From: an uncultured virus (IMG/VR IMGVR_UViG_3300030095_004072)
Taxonomy: Duplodnaviria > Heunggongvirae > Uroviricota > Caudoviricetes > Crassvirales
Direction: 5' to 3' (one strand)
DNA: 20,000 nt
IMG/VR virus record: IMGVR_UViG_3300030095_004072
How positions within the stretch are numbered: the stretch's first letter is position 1; each line of letters opens with the position of its first letter. Positions 7,807 through 16,363 of this stretch are shown piece by piece. The notes under the pieces were generated by a model. That model had not been told where the DNA came from, did no database searches, and saw only the letters and a program-made list of their open reading frames with translations. The position numbers were made by a program, and so were the translations under genes.

Positions 7807-7814
7807 TATATTTG
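7807..7814 (+). promoter_or_regulatory. Bacteroidota -7 box upstream of groEL
   Basis: TATATTTG, an exact TAnnTTTG match, 20 nt before the ATG. Confidence 0.55.
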
Positions 7815-7834
7815 TTAAAATTAAATTTAATAAA

Positions 7835-9424
7835 ATGGAACAAGGTTATATACCAAAGACGCTTAGCTTTGATGATGAAGCTCGTCAAAAATTAATTACA
7901 GGAATCACTAAAATTTCAAAAGCAGTTAAAAGTACATTAGGTCCTTTGGGCAAGACTGTTTTGTTAGAATCACCAAATCATACTTCAGGCATGACAGTTA
8001 CTAAGGACGGTGTAACAGTTGCTGAGTCTGTGTTTTTAAATGATCCTATAGAGAACTTAGCAGTTAGGATGATGAAGGAAGCATCAAGTCGTACAGCTCA
8101 GTCTGCGGGTGATGGTACAACAACTGCTATTGTTTTAACTGAGGCCTTAGTTAAAGCTGGTCAGCAGACATTAACATCAGAGTCAAACACAACAGAAGTA
8201 ATTAGGTATATAAATGAACACACAGCTGTTATTATAGATGGTTTGCAAACTGCTTCTAAAAAAGTTACAGAAGAAAGGTTATTAGATGTTGCTTCTATTT
8301 CAGCTAATAATGATAAGACAATAGGTAAGATAATTAAAGATGCGTATACTCAAGTTGGGATAAACGGTATGGTAACTGTAGAGAAGTCTATGACAGCACA
8401 AACATATGCTGAGGTTACTAACGGTATTAAGATTGCCAGGGGTTGGTCATCAAATCTATTTATTAATAGTCAAAAGAAAGATGAGTGTATACTTGAAGAT
8501 GTTAAGATTTTAGTTTGCGATGCAGAAATTAATAGCATACTTCAAATAGAGAACGTGTTAAAGCCTGTAATAAACAACGGAGACAAACTTTTAATCATTG
8601 CCCCTTGCTCAACTAATGTTATAAATACTTTAGCGGCTAACGTAGTTCGTAACGGTTTAAAGTTTTGTAATATAGCTCCTCCACAGTTTGGATACAAGCA
8701 ACATGAGCTTATGCAAGATATCGCTATGTCAGTTGGTGCTAAATACTATTCAGAGAAGACTGGTGATGATTTAAGTTTAATTATGCCTAATGACTTAGGT
8801 AGTGCAGATAAAGTTATTGTAGGTGAGCATTCAACTGTAATTTTTAAAAAGGATAATACAACACCAGAGTTAAACGATAGAATTGCTGAGTTAAAAATAC
8901 AACAGAAAAACTCAAAAGATAAATCAAATAATGAATTTATAAAAGAACGTATAGCAAGTTTAGCGGGTGCTATAGGCTGTATTTATGTTGGAGGTAACTC
9001 TGAGATAGAACAAAAAGAAAAGTATGACAGAGTAGATGATTCAGTATGTGCAGTACGATCAGCACTTGAAGAAGGTATATTAGCAGGTGGAGGTATAGCT
9101 CTGTTTAGAGAATCAATGATGTTAAGAGCTGAAACTAAAAATCAAGATGAGAAAGATGCAGTCTTAATCTTAGAGGCTGCACTACGTTCACCTCTTATTC
9201 AAATATTAGACAATGCAGGAAAGAATAGAGAGAAAGTTGTAGAACAATTATATGACAAAAAATATAATTATGGATACGATGTTAAGAATAACAAGTATGG
9301 TGATATGTATAAGTTGGGTGTTATTGATCCTCTTAAGGTAACAAAGAACGCACTGACTAATGCAGTAAGTGTAGCAACAACTATACTTAGCACAAACGCT
9401 ATAGTAACAAACATGAGGGCATGA
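7835..9424 (+). CDS. groEL: Phage-encoded chaperonin GroEL (Cpn60)
   Basis: TLGPLG, VTKDGVTVA, AGDGTTTA, EEGILAGGG and GVIDPLKV motifs; 529 aa; no GGM tail. Confidence 0.97.
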   Translation: MEQGYIPKTLSFDDEARQKLITGITKISKAVKSTLGPLGKTVLLESPNHTSGMTVTKDGVTVAESVFLNDPIENLAVRMMKEASSRTAQSAGDGTTTAIVLTEALVKAGQQTLTSESNTTEVIRYINEHTAVIIDGLQTASKKVTEERLLDVASISANNDKTIGKIIKDAYTQVGINGMVTVEKSMTAQTYAEVTNGIKIARGWSSNLFINSQKKDECILEDVKILVCDAEINSILQIENVLKPVINNGDKLLIIAPCSTNVINTLAANVVRNGLKFCNIAPPQFGYKQHELMQDIAMSVGAKYYSEKTGDDLSLIMPNDLGSADKVIVGEHSTVIFKKDNTTPELNDRIAELKIQQKNSKDKSNNEFIKERIASLAGAIGCIYVGGNSEIEQKEKYDRVDDSVCAVRSALEEGILAGGGIALFRESMMLRAETKNQDEKDAVLILEAALRSPLIQILDNAGKNREKVVEQLYDKKYNYGYDVKNNKYGDMYKLGVIDPLKVTKNALTNAVSVATTILSTNAIVTNMRA

Positions 9425-9450
9425 TAGGAAAAAATGGCTAAACAACAATT

Positions 9451-9666
9451 ATGAGTCAAAAAACAGCGATGAAATTAGTTGAAGAGTTAAATGAACTTGC
9501 AACAGCTATTATGCAACAAAATAATAAGCCTCACAAAGATTTAACTAAAGAAATACAAGATGAAATAGCTGACGTTAAAGTTTGGCTATTAGAGTATGAA
9601 GAGTTATTTGACTGGAATTATATTGATAATAGAATAACTAATAAAAGAAAAAAGTACGGACTATGA
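9451..9666 (+). CDS. MazG-like NTP pyrophosphohydrolase domain protein
   Basis: KLVEELNEL...EIQDEIADV matches the MazG EExxE...ExxD pattern. Confidence 0.7.
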   Translation: MSQKTAMKLVEELNELATAIMQQNNKPHKDLTKEIQDEIADVKVWLLEYEELFDWNYIDNRITNKRKKYGL

Positions 9667-9779
9667 ATATATTTTATTTAGATAAAGATCCAGAGTTTTT
9701 ACTAAAACTGTTAGGTATAAAAACTGAAACAAACAACATAATTAAAAACATGGAGAAACGTGAAGAAAAGAAAGCTTAA
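9663..9779 (+). pseudogene. 38-aa ORF, probable truncated remnant of a pyrimidine-dimer glycosylase (DenV-like) family gene
   Basis: Begins MNIFYLDKDP, the N-terminus typical of that phage family as I recall it, then diverges and stops. ATGA-coupled to the MazG-like gene. Confidence 0.45.
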
Positions 9780-9891
9780 CTCAAAAAATCCGAAACTCCA
9801 ACCTGCGGTTGTCGTTTCAAAAGAAAAAGTAGAACGTAGATTAATTAATAACAAAAACGGTATAAAAATTTATGCTATCTTTAAAAGTTAA
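9760..9891 (+). CDS. Small basic hypothetical protein (43 aa, GTG start)
   Basis: MKKRKLNSKNPKLQPAVVVSKEKVERRLINNKNGIKIYAIFKS; ends 2 nt before groES. Confidence 0.55.
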   Translation: MKKRKLNSKNPKLQPAVVVSKEKVERRLINNKNGIKIYAIFKS

Positions 9892-9893
9892 AT

Positions 9894-10151
9894 ATGAAAC
9901 CAATTGGTAAGTATGTTATAATAAAACCTATAAAAGAAGAATTAAAAACTAAATCAGGATTAATTCTTACAGCAGAAGACGCTGATGAGTTTAGGTATAA
10001 AAAAGGTGAAGTAATAAAACCAGGTACTGATGTCTCAGAAATCAAAGAAGGTCAAATTATTTATTATGATAAGTCTGCTGGCTTTAGTATGCTTATACAT
10101 AATGATACTTTTACTATTATTACTGAGAGAGATATCGTTGTTGTTTTATAA
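9894..10151 (+). CDS. groES: Co-chaperonin GroES (Cpn10)
   Basis: MKPIGKYVII, mobile loop KTKSGLIL, GEVIKPG, ITERDIV; lies near groEL. Confidence 0.92.
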   Translation: MKPIGKYVIIKPIKEELKTKSGLILTAEDADEFRYKKGEVIKPGTDVSEIKEGQIIYYDKSAGFSMLIHNDTFTIITERDIVVVL

Positions 10152-10560
10152 ATTCATTAAGTTCTTTTATAGAATTTCTATAAACTTTATCCATATAAGA
10201 AGCGTCAGCTCTAAATAAAGGATTAATAGATGGTGATTCTGCTATCTCTTCACCATTAAGCTTTTTATAAATTGTACTCGCCACTCGCTTTCCCTTGTAG
10301 GAAAGCTCGTATAAGGTTGTATGCTTACCATATCCTTTTCTCCATACATGAATCCACCCATCCCTAAGTAGTCGGTCAAATCTTTTTATATCCCAAGACA
10401 TTAATTCTTCAAACTCTTTAAACTTTGTTTTATTAAAATATTCTTCACTATATAAAAATAGAATCATTTCTATATCAGGGGTTGTAAGATTGTATTTAGC
10501 CTTTACCCAATAACGTATAACTCTCCAATACTTTAGGTAGTTGTGAGTAGACTTTGGCAT
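10120..10560 (-). CDS. Putative winged-helix (MarR-like) DNA-binding protein
   Basis: YNLTTPDIEMILFL...FDRLLRDGWI...YELSYKGKR resembles MarR-type wHTH. It is the only credible minus-strand gene in the right arm. Confidence 0.65.
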   Translation of the reverse strand: MPKSTHNYLKYWRVIRYWVKAKYNLTTPDIEMILFLYSEEYFNKTKFKEFEELMSWDIKRFDRLLRDGWIHVWRKGYGKHTTLYELSYKGKRVASTIYKKLNGEEIAESPSINPLFRADASYMDKVYRNSIKELNEFIKQQRYLSQ

Positions 10561-10573
10561 TTAATTTAATTTA

Positions 10574-10589
10574 TATCTTTGTAAAAATA
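10574..10589. promoter_or_regulatory. Adjacent opposite-facing -7 boxes
   Basis: Plus strand TATCTTTG (10574-10581) before ATG 10596; minus strand TATTTTTA (10582-10589) before ATG 10560. Confidence 0.45.
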
Positions 10590-10595
10590 CAAAAA

Positions 10596-10799
10596 ATGGA
10601 AATAGTAAAAGGATCTCAAGAGTATTATGATTATGTTATGGAGTATATGATACCAGATGGTCAAGAGCTTTATGAAATATTTACACTTGAAGAGGATTTA
10701 TTTGTAGATATGGTAGATACAGACACATCTTATACGTTTACAGATGAAGAAGTAGCTGCAAGTATGAAGGCAAACGGAGATACACTAATTATAGAATGA
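10596..10799 (+). CDS. Acidic hypothetical protein
   Basis: Start at ATG 10596 (MEIVKGSQEYY...), downstream of the -7 box. Confidence 0.65.
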   Translation: MEIVKGSQEYYDYVMEYMIPDGQELYEIFTLEEDLFVDMVDTDTSYTFTDEEVAASMKANGDTLIIE

Positions 10800-11011
10800 A
10801 ATCACCAATAGATTTTAAAGATTTTGCAGCTAACCCTGTAACAGGATTACTATTCTTTTGTTTAATTGCAATTGGATATTTATATATTGATAACAAAACA
10901 ACTCTTACAAATCAAATTAAAGCATTGCAAGAAGAGGTAATTACTTTACGAAGTGATTATAAAAAGTTAAATGATAAGTTTATAGAGACATTACAAGAAA
11001 TAAATGAATAG
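10796..11011 (+). CDS. Single-TM coiled-coil membrane protein
   Basis: TM segment GLLFFCLIAIGYLYI followed by heptad repeats. Confidence 0.7.
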   Translation: MKSPIDFKDFAANPVTGLLFFCLIAIGYLYIDNKTTLTNQIKALQEEVITLRSDYKKLNDKFIETLQEINE

Positions 11012-11423
11012 GCTTGTTATCATAATGCTATTGTTTTCTTGTACACAACCAGAAGAATTAATTATTGAGACAGAAGAGTCTAAAATAAATATAGATAGTT
11101 TAGCTGACGCTACAATACAACAAGTAAACAAACAAAAAAAACAAAAAGTTTTACTTGAACAAGATCTTTGGCGTAAAAAAAGAGATATAAAAGAAATAGA
11201 AAAGAAGTTTAACGAAAGTGTTTACGAGTTAAACAATCTTAAATTAATAAGTGAAGACAGCTTAGTCTTTGATTATAAGATAGTTGTAAAGGAAATAGTA
11301 GACAGTGTTAGGATTACTGTTAGTGATTCTCTGTGTGTAAACTGTAGAGCAAAACAAAAGAAGAAAGAAAACACTTTAGTAAGTAAAGCTTTTAAATGGT
11401 TTAAAAAGAATATAAAATTATAA
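11004..11423 (+). CDS. Predicted lipoprotein with coiled coil
   Basis: Signal MNRLVIIMLLFS-C with a lipobox-like Cys13; C-terminal CVNC. Confidence 0.65.
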   Translation: MNRLVIIMLLFSCTQPEELIIETEESKINIDSLADATIQQVNKQKKQKVLLEQDLWRKKRDIKEIEKKFNESVYELNNLKLISEDSLVFDYKIVVKEIVDSVRITVSDSLCVNCRAKQKKKENTLVSKAFKWFKKNIKL

Positions 11424-11452
11424 TTACCTTTGTTTAAATAAAAAATTTAATT

Positions 11453-11764
11453 ATGTCTAAAAGTCTATACAAGAAAAAAACTCCTCCGATGGTTGGTGCT
11501 CCAGTAAATAAAACAAAGAAAAAAACTGTAAAGAAAAATACAACTACAAAAAAAACTAAAACAAAAAACCCAAAGAATAAAAATATATTAGATACTAAAA
11601 CTAAAAATATTCCAAAAGCTTTAGTTAAAAAAACAAAACAAAAAATTAAAAATGTTTTAAACAACACTCCTAAAGAAAATATAAAAAAGCTTATTACTGG
11701 AGATTCAAACCTTTATGTAAAAATGTATAAAAACATGAAGAAAATGTATAAAAACAGAAAATAG
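11453..11764 (+). CDS. Lys/Thr-rich basic protein
   Basis: 103 aa, extremely K-rich; preceded by a TACCTTTG box (11425-11432). Confidence 0.6.
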   Translation: MSKSLYKKKTPPMVGAPVNKTKKKTVKKNTTTKKTKTKNPKNKNILDTKTKNIPKALVKKTKQKIKNVLNNTPKENIKKLITGDSNLYVKMYKNMKKMYKNRK

Positions 11765-11767
11765 ATT

Positions 11768-11920
11768 GTGGCAAAAAAAATGAGAACAGGAAAAAAAGTA
11801 TGTTGGAAATATGGAAGCGGAAAATACTGTGGTACATTAATACCAAGTATGGAAACTGCAACTCATAGATATGCACGTACTGAAAACGGAAAGGTTAAGT
11901 CATTGCCTAAGAAAAAGTAA
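11768..11920 (+). CDS. Small basic protein (50 aa, GTG start)
   Basis: MAKKMRTGKKVCWKYGSGKYCGTLIPSMETATHRYARTENGKVKSLPKKK; TAATG-coupled to the next gene. Confidence 0.65.
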   Translation: MAKKMRTGKKVCWKYGSGKYCGTLIPSMETATHRYARTENGKVKSLPKKK

Positions 11921-12213
11921 TGGCTACAAGAGGCAGAACAAAAAAAGCACAGATAAGAAGAACAACAGGTAAAGGAGGTAATTATCGTTCTACTAAATCT
12001 GGTGCAGGAATGACTGCTAAAGGTGTAGCTGCATATAACAGAAAGACAGGAGGTAATTTAAAAACTGCTGTAACAGAAAAGAATGCTAAAGGAAAAAGAG
12101 CCGCACGTAGAAGATCTTTCTGTGCAAGAATGAGTGGAATGAAAGGACCATTAAAAGATAAAAAAGGAAGACCAACAAGAAAAGCTATGGCTTTAAGACG
12201 TTGGAGATGCTAA
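11920..12213 (+). CDS. Conserved small basic phage protein (DUF6321-like)
   Basis: GMTAKGVAAY...RRRSFCARMSG...ALRRWRC pattern, recognised from memory as common in aquatic phages. Confidence 0.75.
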   Translation: MATRGRTKKAQIRRTTGKGGNYRSTKSGAGMTAKGVAAYNRKTGGNLKTAVTEKNAKGKRAARRRSFCARMSGMKGPLKDKKGRPTRKAMALRRWRC

Positions 12214-12237
12214 TAAATTAATTATTATATTTGCAAT

Positions 12238-12408
12238 ATGCCTACAGTAACACATAAATGTCCTGATACAGGAAAAACAATGAAAAGAACTTTTCCTTAC
12301 AATGCTGTAGGGAAAGCACAAGCAGTAGAATTTGCTAAAACTATGAATGGTTCTATTAAGAACAATCCTGGTTATGGCATGGAGAAGAAAACTAACTCAG
12401 GTTATTAA
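12238..12408 (+). CDS. Small hypothetical protein (56 aa)
   Basis: MPTVTHKCPDTGKTMKRTFPYNAVGKAQA...; TATATTTG box at 12226-12233. Confidence 0.65.
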   Translation: MPTVTHKCPDTGKTMKRTFPYNAVGKAQAVEFAKTMNGSIKNNPGYGMEKKTNSGY

Positions 12409-12425
12409 TTTAAAAAAAAGAAAAA

Positions 12426-12620
12426 ATGAAACAAGGATATAACGACAGACTTGACGAATCTTTAGGAGCAAGAAACGGAAAGAAGTCTCAATCTATGAAA
12501 GATAGAAGAGATGAGTCAAAAGCAATGTCAAAAAAAGATTACGGTCACTCTTATGGAGCTGACGAGTCAATGTCTTACAGACACACTTCTTCTTGGAAGA
12601 CTCACGATCATCTTAAATAA
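12426..12620 (+). CDS. Small hydrophilic protein
   Basis: 64-aa ORF, TAATG-coupled to the next gene. Confidence 0.7.
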   Translation: MKQGYNDRLDESLGARNGKKSQSMKDRRDESKAMSKKDYGHSYGADESMSYRHTSSWKTHDHLK

Positions 12621-12820
12621 TGGCTGGTCGTACAAAAAAACCATTTCCTGAAATAAAAAAAGGAAATGAAGGAAAGTTTACTGCATGGGTAAAAAGCAAT
12701 ATGCCTGGTAAAAGTACGTGTTCAGCAGCATCAGCTGTTATGAAAAACACAAACAAATACTCAGAGTCAGTTGTAAAAATGGCTAACTATGCAAAGAACT
12801 TTGGTTGTAGTAAAGCATAA
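12620..12820 (+). CDS. Small basic phage protein
   Basis: 66 aa, GKFTAW...KMANYAKN. Confidence 0.7.
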   Translation: MAGRTKKPFPEIKKGNEGKFTAWVKSNMPGKSTCSAASAVMKNTNKYSESVVKMANYAKNFGCSKA

Positions 12821-12841
12821 GTTTAATTTAATAAAATAAAA

Positions 12842-13048
12842 ATGGCGAAAAAAAGAAAAAACCTTGCGAAAAACAAACCTGCTACTCCTCCTAATATGAC
12901 TTTTGAGGAAAAAGTAGAGTTAAAATCAAAAGGTAAGCTAAAAGCAAAAACAATAGAAAAAAAAGAAATATTAACTCCTGACTCTCATGTACAGTATGTA
13001 AAGCCAAGAGTTAAAACACCTATTAACGATAGAATAAGAACAAGATAA
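12842..13048 (+). CDS. Small basic protein
   Basis: 68-aa K-rich ORF. Confidence 0.65.
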   Translation: MAKKRKNLAKNKPATPPNMTFEEKVELKSKGKLKAKTIEKKEILTPDSHVQYVKPRVKTPINDRIRTR

Positions 13049-13049
13049 A

Positions 13050-13169
13050 ATGAAAGAAAAACTAATATCTTTGTATTGTTATTTACAATGCAGTTGGAAC
13101 AGCTTAATGGATTATTTAACTTTGGATGTAGAAAAATGTCCTAAAGAAAATTGTTCATGCAAAATGTAA
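13050..13169 (+). CDS. Small Cys-rich protein (39 aa)
   Basis: MKEKLISLYCYLQCSWNSLMDYLTLDVEKCPKENCSCKM; fills the gap between neighbours. Confidence 0.5.
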   Translation: MKEKLISLYCYLQCSWNSLMDYLTLDVEKCPKENCSCKM

Positions 13170-13330
13170 ATAATAAATCCAGAGGTTTTGGTGATTCTAT
13201 AGCAAAATTAACTAAAGCGACAGGTTTAGATAAGGTTGCTCATAATATGGCCAAAGCAGTTGGTAAAGAAGACTGCGGTTGCGGTCAAAGAAGAGATACT
13301 TTAAATAGAGTATTTCCGTATAATAAATAA
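13157..13330 (+). CDS. Small conserved phage protein (DCGC motif, 57 aa)
   Basis: SRGFGDSIAKLTKATG...EDCGCGQRRDTLNRVFPY, translated by hand. Confidence 0.7.
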   Translation: MQNVNNKSRGFGDSIAKLTKATGLDKVAHNMAKAVGKEDCGCGQRRDTLNRVFPYNK

Positions 13331-13359
13331 AGAGATTTTTAACCCTCAAAAAGAAAAAA

Positions 13360-14130
13360 ATGGCGTACCCAAAAATTACCGTAAACACGGGCTTAGCATT
13401 AAATGTTTTAGCAAGTGACACAATTAGAATTCCTTATCCAGGCTTACAACAAGTAACGGGAGTAGCCGATGCAGTAGCATCAGGAACTACAACTGGACAA
13501 AACACAAATGAATTAATAGATTTAGGAGCAACCTTTACAGCGACTACAGCTCCTCTTCCAGTTGTTAATGGAGATAAAGCTTTTAATATAACTACTCCAG
13601 GAAATGCAGTAGTTACAGGAGTAGCCCCTACTGTTTTATCATTTGCTTCAAATCCATTTGCCACAGGAACACAAGCCTATGTTGTAACAAGACCAAATCA
13701 TTTAATAGATGCAGCGGGAGACTTTATAACAAAAGGAGTAAGTGTTGGTGATATTGTATATAATACTACGGCAGAAACAGTAGCCACAGTAACTGCAGTA
13801 AATAACGCTGTTGATATTACTTTATCTGCAGATTTATTTGGATCAAACACTACTTACGATGATAATTATGTAATCTATGTAGCAGGTGATGGTCCTTTAC
13901 CAAGTCAAAGAATTGATTCTTCAGAAGGATGTTTATTATATGTTGGTTCTGACACAGCTACCATGACAGTTGAATTATCATATGTAGATGTTAAAGTTAA
14001 AACAGTAGCAGGAGATGATATAACCTTTTATAACTTTCCTGTTGGAGAATATTTACCTATACAAGTATTGCAACTATATTCTACGGGAACAGATGCAGTA
14101 GCAAGGTTTAATTCTGTAGCTATTTGGTAA
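13360..14130 (+). CDS. Putative virion structural protein
   Basis: 256 aa, T/V/A/G-rich and beta-like, with an internal duplication (VNGDKAFNITT / SVGDIVYNTTA). Confidence 0.6.
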   Translation: MAYPKITVNTGLALNVLASDTIRIPYPGLQQVTGVADAVASGTTTGQNTNELIDLGATFTATTAPLPVVNGDKAFNITTPGNAVVTGVAPTVLSFASNPFATGTQAYVVTRPNHLIDAAGDFITKGVSVGDIVYNTTAETVATVTAVNNAVDITLSADLFGSNTTYDDNYVIYVAGDGPLPSQRIDSSEGCLLYVGSDTATMTVELSYVDVKVKTVAGDDITFYNFPVGEYLPIQVLQLYSTGTDAVARFNSVAIW

Positions 14131-14131
14131 T

Positions 14132-14398
14132 ATGACAGTAATTTCCGAAAACACAAAAGTCAGTCTAAGTCCTAAAAATTTTATTACTATAATTGTGTTA
14201 GTAGGAAGTATGGTAGGAATGTATTATTCTTTACAAGCTCAAATAGAAGAGGCAAAAGAATTGCCAAAGCCAAGTCAAACCCCTACAGAACAAATGATAG
14301 AGATACAAAAAGAGTTAGTTTTTATTAAAACAGAAATGTTAGAAATGAAAGAAACTCTTAATAGATTAGATGATAGAATTTATAGCTTAAAAAAGTAA
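14132..14398 (+). CDS. Single-TM coiled-coil protein next to the lysis genes
   Basis: TM segment FITIIVLVGSMVGMYY followed by a coiled coil. Confidence 0.7.
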   Translation: MTVISENTKVSLSPKNFITIIVLVGSMVGMYYSLQAQIEEAKELPKPSQTPTEQMIEIQKELVFIKTEMLEMKETLNRLDDRIYSLKK

Positions 14399-14401
14399 AT
14401 T

Positions 14402-14818
14402 ATGAGAACAATAAAAAAAATTATTGTTCACTGTTCTGCTACTCCACGAAATAAAGATTTTTCTGCTGAAGATATAAGAGATTGGCACGTAAAAGGTAAT
14501 GGGTGGGATGATATAGGCTATCATTTTGTGATTAGACTTGATGGTACTATAGAATACGGTAGAATGGTAGATAAATACGGAGCACACGTTTCAAGTCATA
14601 ACTATGATAGTTTAGGAATTTGCTATATTGGTGGAATGGACAAAGAAATGAAAGCATGGGAAGACACAAGAACAAAAAAACAAAAAGAATCACTAATTAT
14701 TTTGCTTAAAATGTTAAAAAAAGCACATAAAGAAGCTATAATCTATGGGCATCAAGATTTTTCCTCTAAAATGTGTCCAAGTTTTGATGCAAAAGAAGAA
14801 TATAAAGATATAAAATGA
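14402..14818 (+). CDS. Endolysin, N-acetylmuramoyl-L-alanine amidase (T7 lysozyme-like, Amidase_2)
   Basis: IIVHCSAT, GWDDIGYHFVI, GAHV, GICYIGG and GHQDFSSKMCPSFD, with the Zn ligands H/H/C. Confidence 0.95.
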   Translation: MRTIKKIIVHCSATPRNKDFSAEDIRDWHVKGNGWDDIGYHFVIRLDGTIEYGRMVDKYGAHVSSHNYDSLGICYIGGMDKEMKAWEDTRTKKQKESLIILLKMLKKAHKEAIIYGHQDFSSKMCPSFDAKEEYKDIK

Positions 14819-15219
14819 ATATATGGACTAAAATTTTCGGTTCACAAGGAATGGACGTGGCTAAACAAGTGGGTGATGTTGTTGATCGCTTTGTTCAAAC
14901 CCCTGATGAAAAAATAGAAGCTAAAAAAGCTATGTTTGAGGTATTCAATCAAGCGGCAGCAAGTGAACAAAAAAATATTACGGAAAGATGGCAAAGTGAT
15001 ATGTCATCTGATAACATTTTATCTAAAACGGTAAGACCTGCTGTACTAATATTTTTAATTTTAAGCACAATTGTGCTTATTTTTATTGACTCAGGTTTTA
15101 TTACCTTTGTAGTTGATGATGAGTGGAAAGAATTATTAAAACTTATACTCATGACTACAGTTGCGGCATACTTTGGTGGCCGTTCATACGAAAAAGGAAC
15201 TAAGATAAAAAACAAGTAA
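14815..15219 (+). CDS. Holin (3TM / gene-transfer-agent-type holin family)
   Basis: RWQSDM..DN.LSKTVRP, hydrophobic helices and AYFGGRSYEK; overlaps the amidase. Confidence 0.8.
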   Translation: MNIWTKIFGSQGMDVAKQVGDVVDRFVQTPDEKIEAKKAMFEVFNQAAASEQKNITERWQSDMSSDNILSKTVRPAVLIFLILSTIVLIFIDSGFITFVVDDEWKELLKLILMTTVAAYFGGRSYEKGTKIKNK

Positions 15220-15938
15220 TGGCTAAAATAGGTTCGTATCCAATTCAAAGCACCATAATAGGTACTGATAAAGTTATTGGTACTGACGTATTAAATAGCG
15301 GTGCTACAAAAAACTTTACATTTAATGATGTTGCTAAGTTTTTAAACACTTACAATAAAATAGAATTAAATGCATTAAGATATAAATATCAAAATTGGAA
15401 AACAGGAGATGTAAGAAATCCTGGCACAATATCATTTTCAAATTCAGACGCAGGTAATCCTTTATTTTCAAATGTAAATTCTTTTATGTTAAGTCAGTTT
15501 ATGACTGAATCTACGGTAAATGTATCTTCTTATTACTCAATTCCTTTAGTTTCATCAACTGTATTGATATCACAATGTGATGACCCCTCTGTTTTTGGTC
15601 TGTATTTATGGAATAGTGCCACTCAAGACCCTCAAGAAACTGAGTTTTTTGATATAACATTAAGTTATTTAGTAGGTTCAGGTAGCTTAAATAGTAACAA
15701 AGATTATTTTATATCTTTGCTCACGTATGGTCCAACGTCCGCTGATAAAAATTATGTGTTCACTCAAGCTACAAATACAAACCCTTGGGTAATAAATCAT
15801 GGATTAAATAAATACCCATCAGTAAGTGTTGTGAACAATGCAAACATAACCGTTTACGGAGAAGTAGAATATGATTCTTTGAATCAAGTAACAATAACAT
15901 TTGCAGATCCAACTAATGGAAAAGCATATTTTAACTAA
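15219..15938 (+). CDS. Putative tail-associated structural protein
   Basis: 239 aa; C-terminal WVINHGLNKYPSVSVV...VEY...VTITF module resembles the C-terminus of the long fibre. Confidence 0.6.
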   Translation: MAKIGSYPIQSTIIGTDKVIGTDVLNSGATKNFTFNDVAKFLNTYNKIELNALRYKYQNWKTGDVRNPGTISFSNSDAGNPLFSNVNSFMLSQFMTESTVNVSSYYSIPLVSSTVLISQCDDPSVFGLYLWNSATQDPQETEFFDITLSYLVGSGSLNSNKDYFISLLTYGPTSADKNYVFTQATNTNPWVINHGLNKYPSVSVVNNANITVYGEVEYDSLNQVTITFADPTNGKAYFN

Positions 15939-15950
15939 AAAAACAAAAAA

Positions 15951-16343
15951 ATGAAAAATATATTATTAGTATTATTATTAAGTTTATTTACATCAGTAGC
16001 TTCAGCTCAATTTATGGTAACAAGTATGGTAAGTTCACCAGCAGATGGAGAAGAAATGAGTTTAGATAATTTAACAGACAACATAGGAGTATTGTACTCT
16101 ATGGATAAAATAAGTGCAGGTATAATGATGGATGGTGATGATTATAATTTGGTAGCAAGATATACATTTGGTGAAAATCTATTTGCATATGGATTAATGA
16201 CTGAGGAAGAAGAAATATCATTAGGAGTAGGCTATGCATTAAACGTATGGAACGAATTATATATTGAACCATCTTATTTATTAGATATGGAATCGGAAGA
16301 CAGTGAAGGTGAACTTAAATTAAGTTTAACCTATAAATTTTAA
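15951..16343 (+). CDS. Predicted small outer-membrane beta-barrel protein
   Basis: Sec signal peptide (MKNILLVLLLSLFTSVASA-Q), amphipathic strands and a C-terminal beta-signal LKLSLTYKF. Confidence 0.7.
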   Translation: MKNILLVLLLSLFTSVASAQFMVTSMVSSPADGEEMSLDNLTDNIGVLYSMDKISAGIMMDGDDYNLVARYTFGENLFAYGLMTEEEEISLGVGYALNVWNELYIEPSYLLDMESEDSEGELKLSLTYKF

Positions 16344-16363
16344 TATAAAAAAACAGAAACGCT

